64,000 nt of DNA from Euprymna scolopes (lineage: Eukaryota), in the NCBI GenBank assembly GCA_053919585.1, contig CM132788.1. One strand, written 5' to 3'. This document shows positions 1-14,000 of this stretch, piece after piece. How positions within the stretch are numbered: position 1 is the first letter of the stretch; every line of letters starts with the position of its first letter. The translations under genes and the position numbers were made by a program. A model generated the notes under the pieces. The model did not search any database, was not told where the DNA came from, and was given only the letters and a program-made list of their open reading frames with translations.

Positions 1-975
1 TTTATTCGGCGAAAGAATTACAGAACAAATGAGTTAAGATATTTTAAAAATTTCTTACTGTACCAGAAAATGACTCATACGAGAGCATATTTTAGATATG
101 TTCAAAGCTATAATTTGCCCTGAATGAAATCACTTCTGCTACATCTTCGCTCGTGCATCTCGTATTTGTGCCTTCTTATAAAAGGATGTCCAAAATGAGT
201 CTCACATTCATTAGATGCCATACTATAGCCCAAGCTCCACCTTTTGTGATAGTGCAGCGGTATTACATATTTTTGCTTTTTTGTGCTTTTCGTTGGGATA
301 AACACATCGCACTTTGCTAAACCTGGATGTAGTTCCTACGTATAACCTAACAAGCAACAAATTTCCACCCCCACACAAGATCTCTTTAAAATGTCTACAA
401 CAAGATTTTCCTTCGTCAAACTCTTTGATTTTATAATACTTTCGGTGTGTTCTCCGCTCCTTACTATAATAACCCGCAGGACTTATAATTTAATGTGATA
501 TCTTTTTCCTAAACTCCTATTTCTGTTCGTAACATTCGATCTTTATTAATAACCCGATTACGTCACAAATGACAACATGCTTAATTTGGTATGAGAAAGA
601 CTAAATAAATATCCACAGCTTACACTAATGAAATACTGTTCTTATAGGTGTGCAAATATATAGTTTATCACAATTAAGTTGATATAACAATTTAATTACT
701 ACACGTACAGCATGGATAAATCTGTTATTGTGTTTAAATTAATAATATCTTTATGACAAGTAAAACATTGATTTCTCTGATATTTCCAAAAACTATCCTC
801 AAAATATCCTCAAAACTCTGAAGCATAGACCGATCTTATGCTTCTATGTTCTACGTTTGAATTTGACAAGCAATTTAAGATTCTGAAGCAATACTAATTA
901 TATATGCAAAACCGATGACGAGAAGAGAAGGAGAAAATAAAAAAAAATGTGTGTGCAAAATAAAAAGAAAACTTA

Positions 976-1521
976 CTGAACTTATATTTGGAGATTGCGT
1001 TGAAACGGGAGGTGAGTTTGTGATCAGGAAATTCAACAGATTAGGGAATGCACTGGCTGGAGCATTCCCTTGTGTATGCGTCGTATTTCAATAACTGGGA
1101 AGTAAATATAGCAAAGATGTTGGTGGCTTGAAAGTTTAAGTGATTTCCTCTCGTCTGACAAATTGTTACCAGAAGAAGAGCTGAGCATCTTCGGCAAAAT
1201 AGCATTTTGTTTAGGTGTAATTGATTCATCACAAGGTATATATGACACAATAAAATAAGGATCAAGTTCAGCTGACTCTTTCGTAGACATCTCTGGCAAA
1301 ATTGGATTTGGTTCAAGAGAGATGGACTCTTCCTTTTGCATCTCAAAATAGATAGAATCTGTCCACACTTAAACTGACTCTTCTTTGAGTATTTCTGGCA
1401 AAATAAAAATCGGATTAAGTGTAATTGATTTTTTCCTTTGGCATATCTGGTACATGTGAACGAATTTCTTCCTGGCTCATTTCTGACGAGATTGAATTTG
1501 TCTTCAATATAATTGATTGTT
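976..1521 (-). pseudogene. Degenerate exon encoding an imperfect 17-aa tandem repeat (part of the decayed minus-strand gene)
   Basis: Minus-strand acceptor TTTTTCTAG at ~1522-1530 and donor GTAAG at 971-975. Translation gives units EKSITLNPIFILPEILK / EESV*VWTDSIYFEMQK / EESISLEPNPILPEMST / KESAELDPYFIVSYIPC / DESITPKQNAILPKMLS, with one in-frame TAA and a frameshift near 1430. Confidence 0.6.
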
Positions 1522-2409
1522 CTAGAAAAAATTAAGATTTCAAAAAAATTCTTTGGCGTTTACTGATAAATCTGTATATAGATAAACGTTAATATTTTTA
1601 TTATCTAAGCATAAACTACTCTGGTTTATTTNNNNNNNNNNNNNNNNNNNNNNNNNNNNNNNNNNNNNNNNNNNNNNNNNNNNNNNNNNNNNNNNNNNNN
1701 NNNNNNNNNNNNNNNNNNNNNNNNNNNNNNNNNNNNNNNNNNNNNNNNNNNNNNNNNNNNNNNNNNNNNNNNNNNNNNNNNNTAAATTGTTTACAAACCA
1801 ATAAAGTTGAAGTCCGAATAATATGACCAGTTTTCTATAATCGAACATCCGTATATTATTTTCAGAAAATAAAGTCACCATATATCGGAGTGATAGCGAC
1901 AAGTTGTGTATTTTCATTATACCTTACAATCGTTTCCTGTCTGATCAGATAATTTCGAACATTATGTCGTTTAAAAATATCCTCAATAACGGCCTCTCTT
2001 CTGGCGTTGAAATACACTAATCAATGAATAATTATGACTACACTTTGAGCCCCCCAATTGGAAAACCATGCGGTTGAACCTACCTCACAATTTGCTCTCA
2101 CTATTTTTCGTTTTTATGGAATTTCTATATAACTAACGGTTACAAAACGATTACAACGTATTATGAAAAAGATCTGGGTCATTTCAATATTTTACCGATT
2201 CCAAAACAATTACCGATTATGGTCTAAATTCTAATTCCGGTATAATTACCGATTAGGATTCTGAATTTAAAATTGTTTATTTGTGGAATAGTTCCATTTT
2301 TACATTACAATTATTACTGAGCTATGTTTTGTCCCTGGCTATTTTTACCAAAACATGTATTTCGCTTTAATTACACTGAAGATGTTTTCTTGCTTATAAG
2401 TAGTTAAAC

Positions 2410-2414
<5 letters not shown>

Positions 2415-2477
<63 letters not shown>
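2415..2477. repeat. (TA)n microsatellite (similar tracts at ~5383, 6457, 17406, 19560, 20340, 25209, 51405, 60752, 62540)
   Basis: Pure TA dinucleotide runs; these generate the YIYI ORFs in the track. Confidence 0.98.
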
Positions 2478-2479
<2 letters not shown>

Positions 2480-3149
2480 TCTTACAGAGATTAAAAGCAT
2501 CAGGGTAATTCCCTTTTGCGCTAAATACTTAAGAGATGCTCCATTCAAAACAATTATGTCGAAACTATAAGCCGCTAAATTCTATAAGTTAACAACTTCA
2601 TGACATACCTATAAAGAATTCATTAAAAAATCCTACATTACATCCTAAGAGCGACATCATCTCCAACGGCATTACATTTAAAGGAAGTATTTCCTATTTC
2701 CCCCTATTCCATAAGTTCTCTTACGGCTCCATTCTTCACCGCGTGAATGTATACTTTCTGAGTTTGTCCTGTCTACGCCGCTATAAGTCATTCATATCGT
2801 ATATTCTACCATATTACATCAACACACATAATGAGATCTCTCTTTTAATTTTACCTGCATTTTGATTGGCTGAACACTTTTTCATTCAAGATTTACGGTA
2901 TCGGTCTCAAGTCCGAACGCTTAATCATATATCAATATGCAGATTAGATACATACGAAAGACCAAGCTTCTGTCTTCGTACTTATGACATTAAACACAGC
3001 GAAGATGAATTATACATCATTTACACATTAGAAAAAAAAAACTGAAGCGTTGCTGTGAGTGTGTTCGCGTGTGCCATACATCAAATATGCTGCATAAACT
3101 TCCGCACGCGTGTATTTTCGTTTGTAGACACACACACACACACATGCAA

Positions 3150-3185
<36 letters not shown>

Positions 3186-5350
3186 TCGTGTATGATTGTT
3201 TTTGTTTACTTGGGTACCTGTTTTTGTTCATGTGTGGGTACGATTGAACTAATACTCTGCAAAACATGCGCACTCGTGTTTGGGCTTAAACACACACATG
3301 TGCACATGTGCATACATAGATGTGTGCGTCCGTGTTTGTTGTTGTTTATTGATGGTGTCATTGTGTGCGTGGTTGTTTACGTGTGTGTGTTCGTGTGTGT
3401 ATGTGTGGACAATTAAACTAATTTAGCTGCGTAATCTTGGGCACACGTTTGTTGGTGTTTATACACACATGTGCATGTGTGTTTACTTTGTGCTTGCGTG
3501 CGTTTGTGTTTTTCCTTGATTATGCGTGTGTGCGTAGGTGTGTGCTTGTTTTCTTCGTAAGTATATATTTGTTATATTAGCATGTAAGCACCGTATTAGA
3601 ACGATTACTAATCTTTCAGCCTTTGCCCGAAAACCAACTCATAATTATATTTATTATTTTGGTGCTGTGTTCTTTCCTTTTTTTAGTGCTTTATATTTAC
3701 ATACGCATAGAACAAATGAACTACTAAATAATTATATTTCATTTAAGTAAGAAATATAACGAAATACATTCTCCTGACCATTTTGTCTCTCAATTTTCTG
3801 GCTACTAAAATTATATTCACGTGATTACGGTAGCAAATAAATTAATGAAATATAGGGCAACTGAGGAAACACTAAATGTGTAAAGTACACAAAACTCCAT
3901 TTATAATAGGGGAATTATTCAACATTTCAAAATACAGCACATAAATCATCACAACTGAATGTAAAATTATTTTTAAAAAATTAATTCAACTCCTTTTGAT
4001 TAGATTCAAATCTCCTTGGAATATAAATGTGTCAGATGAAGTGCTGCTTGTGCACTTATATTAGTGAGCTATTTAATAAAAGCATTTTCTAGTAATATTT
4101 AAATTTTACAATATATGTTACCTTATTAATTTATAGGTACAGAATAGTTACCCCCCACTTCGGTAACAGAAGTGCATTCAACTGAAAATAAAACGATTTT
4201 TTAACATTGTGAATTTATACAAACGGTCATTTATTTCGCCAGCTCAACCCTTCTGCACCCAGAATACATATTATAAAATGAGTATCCTTATATATAAATA
4301 CCAATTTTACAGTCTGTTTTTTGTTTATTAAATTGTTAGATGAAAGTACAGCATAGTTACACAAACTGCGGCAAAGTACCAATAAAGGTATTTTTGATAT
4401 TGTATTCAACTAAATCCATAACAAACGGAACTTGTTGCTACACCAAAAACACGTAATTAATATTTTAGCAGACGAACAATTGGGAGAAGCCGAAATAGTA
4501 ATTCGAGCAGGTACGCATGAAAAATACTAGAATTAACGGTTTTGTTTTATTAATTTTAAGCCATTCTTGTTTGGTAAATGGTACACCTAAATAAAGAAAA
4601 ACAACAACAATAACAACAATAACAACAAAAAGAGTAATAATAACATCAATAATAAAACAACAACAAAAACAACAACATTATTATAATAANNNNNNNNNNN
4701 NNNNNNNNNNNNNNNNNNNNNNNNNNNNNNNNNNNNNNNNNNNNNNNNNNNNNNNNNNNNNNNNNNNNNNNNNNNNNNNNNNNNNNNNNNNNNNNNNNNN
4801 NNNNNNNNNNNNNNNNNNNNNNNNNNNNNNNNNNNNNNNNNNNNNNNNNNNNNNNNNNNNNNNNNNNNNNNNNNNNNTAAACATAATCATAAACATANNN
4901 NNNNNNNNNNNNNNNNNNNNNNNNNNNNNNNNNNNNNNNNNNNNNNNNNNNNNNNNNNNNNNNNNNNNNNNNNNNNNNNNNNNNNNNNNNNNNNNNNNNN
5001 NNNNNNNNNNNNNNNNNNNNNNNNNNNNGGTACATAGACAAACGAATAATTTACGTTTCATGCCATTTCGAGTTTCCGGTCACGTCTTAAAGTTTGAGTG
5101 GCGCGAAGTATTTTTTGCTGTAATTGGGAAAGGTTATTCCCGTTGTCACATTCATAAAAAAAAAAACATAAAACCAGCATCAAATTCAACGATAAAAATG
5201 GTAAAATACTATTTAATAAAGAGTCTTTTTTATACATCACTGTGACGTTTGTAATCGATGAAGTTTACGTGATAAAAGAAACACCAGGTGACCTTTGTGG
5301 ATTTCAGAGTGGGGTTATTTTCGTAACAGAGTTTATTTCTGTTTCCAATA

Positions 5351-5379
5351 AGCCACAGCAACGCCTGGCCGGGTTCAGC

Positions 5380-5382
<3 letters not shown>
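5351..5382 (+). mobile_element. Helitron-like 3' terminus
   Basis: agccacagcaacgcctggccgggttcagctact: a GC-rich subterminal hairpin followed by CTAC-T (CTAG-T variant), next to (TA)n. Confidence 0.5.
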
Positions 5383-5449
<67 letters not shown>

Positions 5450-5542
5450 CAAGCATTAATCTACGGACACGCGTGTTTCGGACCTTTACTCCTCTTCAAC
5501 GGACAAAATAATAAGTAAATAAATAACAAATACGTTCACAAT

Positions 5543-5610
5543 AAAAAAAAAATGGGCGACTTGCTAAGAAAAACACCGGTAGTCCCAGGCGGAGTCGTTA
5601 ACCATAATAT
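5543..5610 (-). ncRNA. 5S rRNA-derived fragment (5S pseudogene or SINE3-like), truncated by an assembly gap
   Basis: Minus strand CCGCCTGGGACTACCGGTGT resembles the 5S 3' region CCGCCTGGGAATACCGGGTGC and is followed by a short tail and an oligo-T run. Confidence 0.4.
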
Positions 5611-5758
5611 NNNNNNNNNNNNNNNNNNNNNNNNNNNNNNNNNNNNNNNNNNNNNNNNNNNNNNNNNNNNNNNNNNNNNNNNNNNNNNNNNNNNNNNNNN
5701 NNNNNNNNNNNNNNNNNNNNNNNNNNNNNNNNNNNNNNNNNNNTGAGGATTTCTTACC

Positions 5759-6233
5759 TTGTCATGATGATAGTAATCATTTTCATTATCATCATCGTCA
5801 TCATTTTCATTATCAGCATCGTCATCATTAGCATTATGATCATCGCCATCATTATTATTTTTATTATCGTCATTTTTATCATTATGTTCGTCCGCATCAT
5901 TATCATCATCATGAGCATCGTCGTCATCATCATCATGAGCATCATCGTCATCATTATCTTTTTTATTATCATCATCGTCATTATTATAACTCGTTGCAAG
6001 TGAAGAGGGAATAGCATTGTCTTCAAAGGAACTAGCGACGCTGGTTGATGGAAGAGACCGGGAGGCTGAACTCAGAATGGATTCTGTAGATTCATCTGGG
6101 ACTTTTTCCTGGTTTAATTCAGAACTCGGTACTTGTTGGTCAGGGGATGTGGTTTTTTTGTCCTGTGGTAAAAAGTAAGAGCGCACGTAATGTTGCCAGA
6201 CAATTCAGACGGTTGTATATTTCTCTAACAAAC
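5759..6233 (-). pseudogene. Ser-rich then Asp/Asn-rich low-complexity exon
   Basis: Acceptor TTTGTAG at ~6234-6240 and donor AAG|GTAAG at ~5754-5758. Frame GLLEKYTTV*IVWQHYVRSYFLPQDKK...SYNNDDDD... has one in-frame TGA (6205-6207). The 3' half is a (GAT/AAT/CAT) triplet expansion. Confidence 0.55.
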
Positions 6234-6452
6234 CTACAAATTAACAAATCTCATGATTTAAAAAATTTCGAGTAACTTATTTCTTATTCCTTTGAGGACT
6301 AGTAAAAATGTACACATACCCTAGGTCGCATGAAAAATATAAAAGGAAATTGTTCTTTTCGACATTTAATTTTTAAAATTCTACAGAAGGAAATTAAACT
6401 GCACTAGTTTTTAAATACATTATACAGATTTAACCTTTAATACAATGCCGTA

Positions 6453-6544
<92 letters not shown>

Positions 6545-8199
6545 TAAAACGCATTCATTATTACTTCATGTAAGGTTAAATCTGTTTAAGTTTTTTAAAC
6601 CCTGGTGCATAGCAGAAAGAATACATTTGTTTTTTATATAAAATACCATTTTGCCTCATACTAAAACATTAAAATCGCGATATATTATACTAAACCATAT
6701 GTGTAGACACATAATCCAATTTTGATCAAAATTGATGGCTTCAATTTCATTCTAAAAATTGTCGGTAAACATTAGGCCTCAGCATTATAACGTAAGAACT
6801 ATGGATTGTTTTGATCTTCGCATGCCGAGTTAAATATGTTTAAAATAGTTTAACGAAGATAAGATGCCATTTACAGTTATTATTGAATGTATAACTAATA
6901 TCTACTCTTATGCTGAGTTATACTGACTTCAATGCTGAGGAGTTTACTTGTGCTTGATCCGGGGTTTATATTTTAACATTTGTACCAATGATTAAATCGA
7001 CCTATGATATGGTCATAAGTTGTCCTTTTCTTACGTGCAATATAAAGACAATGATGCTGTTCTGTATAGTGTATTGTTGGTTGTAACAAGGACATGTGTT
7101 AATTCGTATTTCTCATTGTTTAAAAAATATTGATTTTAGTTTATATTACTTAATAAATACCCATGTAAAACGTGGGCGACAATTTTTATCTAAATGTCCA
7201 AAAGAAATGTTTCCGTCGAATGCTCCTGCAATAGAGTTGCATGTTTTTCCTCTGCTTTCATTGATCATGATAAAAGTAGTTGTGTGTGCAATTATTTATT
7301 TGAACCGGGAAAACGGTATCACGTGAGAAAGCATAACAGATCATTGAGGGATTTTAAGAGATTTTGCTTGCATCGAATAATATTGGACGAGAAAACAATT
7401 TAATCCTGATGGCAAAATCTATCAGAATATTTCATAGTTTCGAATATGTTCTGATCAGCTCGACGTACATACAAGCGACTAATCTACAAACAAAGCAATC
7501 TACCCCTTTCAGTGATGAAGACCCTAATTGCTAAAAAGCCTTCGACTCTATAAGTGTTCCGTCTTCCATCGGACACATGGGAATTTTCTCTTATTTACCG
7601 CTTTCTTTATTATACCTTTCACAAAAGATAAAATTGAGGGCAAAATGTAAAGAATTGGTTTAATTTTTCATTTACTGCTTAGAATGGTTCTTATTAAGAC
7701 GTGTGTTAAAAAGCCATTGTAAAAATAGAAAAGAAAACTTACTTTTTCCGAGTAGTCCCGAAACAGGAATGAAGCGGCGGTTGATTTTGGACGTCGCTTG
7801 AAAAATGGTGACTGGAAAACATTTAAGATTTCCACGTAAGTATCACCCAAATAATGAGATTACAAATAACAAAAGACGAATATTCATCAATAAACATTAT
7901 GATCCTTTGCAGATATAGACCATGCTAAAATAATAACATTATTATTTAGAAACCAATTCTTTACATGAGTAGGTCGTCTTGTAACTGTTCTAAATTGCCA
8001 GAAAACAATTTAATAATCAAATGATACCGTAAAAAATTGATTTAACTGTGAAATGTTTATCTATTCTGTATGAGTAGCAACATGAGTAATATTTATTTTT
8101 GGGGGTTCGTAGAGGATCTTTAGTTACAGTTTATAATATTTACGTTATTGTTAGACCAAGTTTTAGACAGGATCCCCCGTTTAGCGAACTGTAACATAC

Positions 8200-8700
8200 C
8201 ACCATGAGTTCACAGGTTGAATAAAAATCTGAAGCAACTGGTTTTTCATTGGTCTCTAGATGACAAACTGAACATCAGTATGATTCTGACAGATACATAT
8301 TCTTTGAAGCTGAAAGTTTTCCAATTGATGTGATTTTAACAGTTGCAATCAGGCGTCTGCTAAAGTTTTTAGATTTCTCAGAAATGGATCCTCTCGGTCG
8401 TATGACACAAAACTAAGCTCTTGTGTCATATGCATGACCACTCTTTAAACAATATCACAATTTATCAAGTAAAACTTTTTAAGTAGCAACACAATAAAAC
8501 CATATCGATCAATTTGTCTAAGCCTCTTTTGGTAGATATGCGGTCGCATTACATATATTTTACTGAATATTTTTTTTAATGCCACCATGATTTAAATGAA
8601 CACATGTTGATGAGTACGTTGTGTAACTAATCACAAGAACAACAAAATGCTGCACATTCCCGGCTTGTCTATATGTTGAGTAAGGTTTTAGTTATTCATT
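8200..8700 (-). pseudogene. Heavily degenerate exon-like segment, possibly a death-fold-like helical domain
   Basis: Donor G|GTATGT at ~8199. Fragments CAAFCCSCD*LHNVLINMCSFKSWWH and NICNATAYLPKEA...KVLLDKL are broken by many stops and frameshifts. Confidence 0.3.
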
Positions 8701-8844
8701 TCTTTGAAAAAGAGTAATTTTTACGATTAGATTGCGGTATAAGTAAAAGTGAAGTATGTTTGAAATGCTTACCATGTATTTTCTCATACTGTTTATATTT
8801 ATAACATGTAGAATATTATTTCTCGGTGAACAACAACGAGTTTT

Positions 8845-11035
8845 TTTCTTGTTTTATTTTAACTCAGTTTTAATATCAAACAAGGCACAGTGCCACTTTG
8901 ATGTAGAAGGCTAATATCGTTGAATAAATTGCAGGGACACAATGTAGGGAGTTTAGCAGCGAGGTATCTGTTCACATTACACTTGGACTTCTACATGTCA
9001 GTACAGTTAGGGAAGAAGGAAACCGGAAGCGAGTCCCTAAGTCTAGCAGTTTTGGGAAAGGAACTATTAAAGTAGAAAACTTGCTTACATGTAGGGATCT
9101 CTGTGTAGAGCGTTTGCTGCTTATCGGATTTGTCGGAGTATTTACATCCTTGGGCTACAAGGGCTTGAAGTTCGTCGGAGCATTCACCATTAAAATACTT
9201 ATAAAAATGGCGAAGGATGCAAAATTCCGTCGATGGGACAGAGGCTGAAGCTTAGATGACCTATCAGATTGGCGACTCTCTTTTGAACCATGTAGAGGAG
9301 CGAGAGACTAGTAGCAGATGCACCAGCCCAAATGTTACAACAATGCTCCATACATGAGCGAATGGAGCAAAGATAGAGACACAGTATAGTTTCAGGCATA
9401 AGTAAATTTCTAAAAGGGTTGAGAGAGCTCACCTTATTCCCAGCGGCCTTGGCGATGCTGTCCATGTATCTGGTACAGCTCATGTTCCTCGTCAACGTTG
9501 AACCAAAGAGTATCAATGAAGTACTTTAAGGTAATGTATCTTTTGTCGTCACAATTGATGGTTGAGAAGGGTTCTTGTCCTTATTGAAGGTAACAAGTTT
9601 AGTCTTAGCAGCATTGAATGTGACTCTCTACTTTTGTCCCCATTCCACTACATATTGGAGGACTTCCTCTAATGGTTTCATTATTTCCTTAGATATATGT
9701 ATATTTTTCCTCGTGACTGTTATAGAGTGTGATGTTATCAGCAAATATACCCATCTCAGGGACAATTTTATCAGTGAGGTCATTTATGAATATCAGGAAT
9801 AATAAAGGTCCAAAAATAGTACTCTGAGGTACCCCGCATTTATACCATATTCTTTAGATGTTTGACCGTAAAGGACAACATGGATTCTTCTCCGATTTAA
9901 GAAAAAAATTTAAATGCTAAGTTTTATCCAGTGATACTGTACGTTCTGATTTTCCTGAGAACACCAACGTGCCATACCGTGTCAAAAGCAATTGATATAT
10001 CTAGGGTAACCGCTGTACATTGACCTGCTTTGTCCAGTATATAGTATATACATTAATAGTTTACAGTTTGTATATCTGCTGTAGAACGAGTTTGTCTACA
10101 TCCATATTGTTAGTCAATCAGATGTTTAACAGCTGGAAGGTGATGGACTAGATCTTGATTAATTTTGGACTCAAACCTTGTGGCGAAAAGCGGGAAGAGA
10201 CAGCCGGCGCTATAATTTAATGGTTCAGTTCATTCGCCAGAATTCCTGTAAGCTGGCACCAAATACACTGTTTTCCAGCAGTCAAGAAAGTAGTATTGGT
10301 TAAGGTTTTTGTTGTACAGTTTGGAGATAACTGGCGCAAACGTATCGGAGATGTTTTAAATAGTGCAGCTGGGATGAGATAAAACCGCATGCTTTGGGGG
10401 TGTCAAGGTTTTTTATGATATCATGGACCTGAGAAGTGATTATTTTCAGATCATCTAGTGATGCGTCTGATCGCAAAGAAAATCCATGGATGGGAGGGTT
10501 TGCTAAGTTCAGTGTGGAGGTTGCCGCAAATTAACTGGCAAGCGTGTAAGCCTCCTTATCTGTCGTGCAAACAAGCTCGTGATTATTGGATTATATGGGA
10601 ATTGTGGAGTGTCCATTATCTATTACACTGCTGTTATTTTCCAGAAATCATGGTTTCCTAATTTCTGTGTTTTGAAGCGTTGTCTGGTTGTTACAGTATA
10701 TTCCATTGTATTTGTCTCTATTTCTTTCTTACAATTAATTAAGGATTCTATTAACTTTTGTCTATATTTACTGAACCTATGCTAGTTAAATATTCGGTTT
10801 GCATTATGTCTTTGAGTAACTGCATCTGTACAAGTAAAAGTAAACCATTTGGGAGGGTGGGGTTTGCTATAGAAGTTGCGCGTAGGCACATGAGTTTCCA
10901 TGTTCGTTTTGAACCATTCAGTAGTCTCATTTACACACTCGTCAGCGGGAAGAGAAAATATATTTCCCCATGGGTCATCTCTGATGATATCCCTGATGGC
11001 TTCGTAGCCAGCCTTCTTATCCTTGTCATTTGAAG
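8845..11035 (-). mobile_element. CR1/L2-type LINE remnant (RT and 3' end), 5'-truncated and degenerate
   Basis: Minus-strand RT motifs AGVPQS (~9825-9838), IFADNI (~9731-9748) and IRSCMEHCCNIWAGA; T-rich tail at the left end. Confidence 0.9.
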
Positions 11036-14000
11036 CAATGCTCTTTAGTTTTGTGTCGAGAATTTAAGGTTATTTCTGCTATTTTCACAGCGTGAACAGT
11101 ATTACTGAGTAAGACATTTCACGTTGTATTCAATGAATATATAAAGCACTATTAATTCTTTATACCCACTCGTAGAAACAGATTCGATTCAAATGAACCA
11201 ACCACGCGATTCAGCAGACTGAATGTCTGGTTTGTTGTCATTTACTTATGAATGACATTTAAACGATTTTATTTTCTAAAAAACTCTCCACGCATTTTAC
11301 TGAAATATATGCAGTTTTTTTAATGATTGGAGAAAAAAGTATATTGCAGCAATTCAGCTTGCGTCCAATAAGTTTTTGAATTTCGATTTTCTTTATATTT
11401 ACTATGCAGAAGGTTTTTTCAATAGACTATAGCAAATATAATATTTAAGTTATATTTTGACAAAATCAAGACAGAGAGGCTACGGCATAATCCTAATGGC
11501 ATTACGGTTTTTGTTAAATCACAAAAGTTAAGCAACAATGAGGCGCATGGGCAATACCAAATGGTTGACACATTTTAGAATTTAAGGCGCAGTATGTAGG
11601 ATGGCATCGGGACCTCCCTGCAATACTTGCTAAAACCTTACGTCGTCATCTCACCTAACGGGGATATACATGCGATTGAGAACCGTTTATTAATTCCATA
11701 CTCCAATGGAACTAGCTTCTTGGGAGAAAACATGTAACACTTGCATTTTATTTCTAAAATGAAGATAACGCGATAAAAATAAAGATAAACATACTTTATA
11801 CTTACCGATGCAAATGTGGCCATTTTTTTTTAGCGTCGTCTGATCTTTTTTCACACCAATTTGTTTTCGGTTAGCGTAAATATAAGTATACTAGCATACC
11901 CCTTTAACCGGCAGTGCTTGCTTGTATCCCCCCAATGTGTAAATAATTAAAGTGCGCTTAGTATTGTTGTTGTAGTCCAACCACCAACCTCCTTATGTAA
12001 TAAACGGCAATCAGAATGTACACCCCTTAAATGACCCATAGTAAAAACGGCTTTATGAATTGACGCCACGTTTTCTGAGTGTGGGTGTGGGAGCAAGACA
12101 TTCGTCCAAAATATAAGGTATGTGATAATAGAAAACAATATATTAAGGTTTGTGATCTATTTGGGATAAAAAAATTATCAACAAAATAATCAATAATGAT
12201 TATAATAGATCAAATACGAACCAAACGTTTTAAACATCATTTTTTCCATTCTGACATATTTGTGTGTAAAAATAAAAAAAGGACGCATGCATGAACTGAG
12301 GTCTAAGCTCTCTCTTTATCTCTTTTCTCCATTTATCTATCTATATATCTATCTAAAGTGTTAATAAAGTTTCAAGATGAACGTGTTAATGGTTAAAATA
12401 TCGTTTTAAGGATTCCAGAATAAATAAGTTGTGGAATAAAATCAGTATGTAAAAGATATGATATCCTAAAAGTAATAATAAACCGAAACCAGTAGCGACA
12501 AAATGCTGTTAATTGTTTATTTCTGGAAACGTATTTCAATCGTGATTTTAAAACTTTCTGTTTTTGGTTAATTTGTGAAATGGCGTGTGTTATGTTTCTT
12601 TCTGAATAATGTTTACTTTTAAACTATCAGAAATTATTTTTTTTATTTCAAATTGGTAACTTAGATTACTTAAGTTATATTATATTGTATTATTACCTGG
12701 AAAAAAAACGTTGTATATACGGGTTACGTTCGGGCCTACGAAATAACGGTCTCTATCTTTATCTCTGTCTATGTGTAGCTTACTCCCACTCTGTGGATGT
12801 GTGGCTGCGTGGGTATGTGTGCCCGTGTATCTTGTGTGCGTTTGTGTTTAACGAAGTGTGCTGGTGTGCCGAATAAGGAAGGCGGCACTGATTCACGATG
12901 TAAGGATGTTTATTTCCAACTCTTTACATATTATTCATTTGCGATACGTTTCTCTATCTTTCTTTCTCTCTCTCGCTCTATTAATGCCTACCTCCTTTTG
13001 TGGATATGTGCGTGCGTGTGTTTGCATGTGTTTGCGTGCGTGGGTGTTTAACTAAGTGTGCTGGTATACCGAAAAATGGGAAACACCAATATATCCGTTT
13101 CACGTTGTAAGGATTGGAAGATGCGTAGTATGCGAACATGTTTGTCGAAAAATAATGTGCGTTCGTTTATTTACGAGTAGTCATATTCCAGAACCTAGGA
13201 TTATAGACAATAAGATTTGCCGGATGTCTGTGAGGGCGGAATTATTATTTTTCTAGCGGGAAAAATAAAGGTAATGGCATGTGTATGAGTTTACGCAGCA
13301 GTTTTGTAGGCAGACTGCACGCTATATGTTTAGTGCGAATAATATTTCCCGGTGTTGAGTGCTGACCGGGAGGAATCCTTTTTCATGAGGGAAAATGACG
13401 AACTACTTCCTCTGTAGGTCTGAATGGTTTATTTTATGACGCACCCAGGATGGATTATATCATTTTATTATAACGAATAAATATGTATTAAAGAGCGATC
13501 TGCAGTTATATACGTTTAGACATATTTAATTTGCATTTAACATCTGTTGTTGAAAACCTACGCTAATTGTAAACAAAGTGGAATTTCCGCAATCAAATTA
13601 TTATATATATGAAATAACTTAATTTGAAATCACATTTTATGGATAAAATTCTAACTACAGAGAAAAAATTGGACCCGCAAAACAAGTAGACTTAGTTACT
13701 AACTATAATCATGCTAGAAAATTGTTAGCAGAAAGAAAAACTTCGTTGGTTGATCGGAGATGATAAGTTTATTACAGAGACAATCACTTTTGTTGAACGA
13801 TATGAAAAAGGAAAATTAATGTGAAAAGATTTCTATACAAATAATATATTTCGATACAAATTTTGAAAAGGGATGAAGGATGAATTTTATGAAGACTACC
13901 AAACTTTGCGCTGAATTGATGTTTTTTGTGAAAGAAACTAACAATAACGAAAGTTTATATATGGTAAACACAAGATATGCCTATTAATTTTAGTCTTTAA

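Noticed and set aside
3028-3560. ORFs rich in HT/CV/YI (also at 12.7-13.1, 44.7, 51.4, 58.6 and 60.7 kb)
   Set aside because: These are translations of CA/GT/TA microsatellite-derived sequence or of N gaps.
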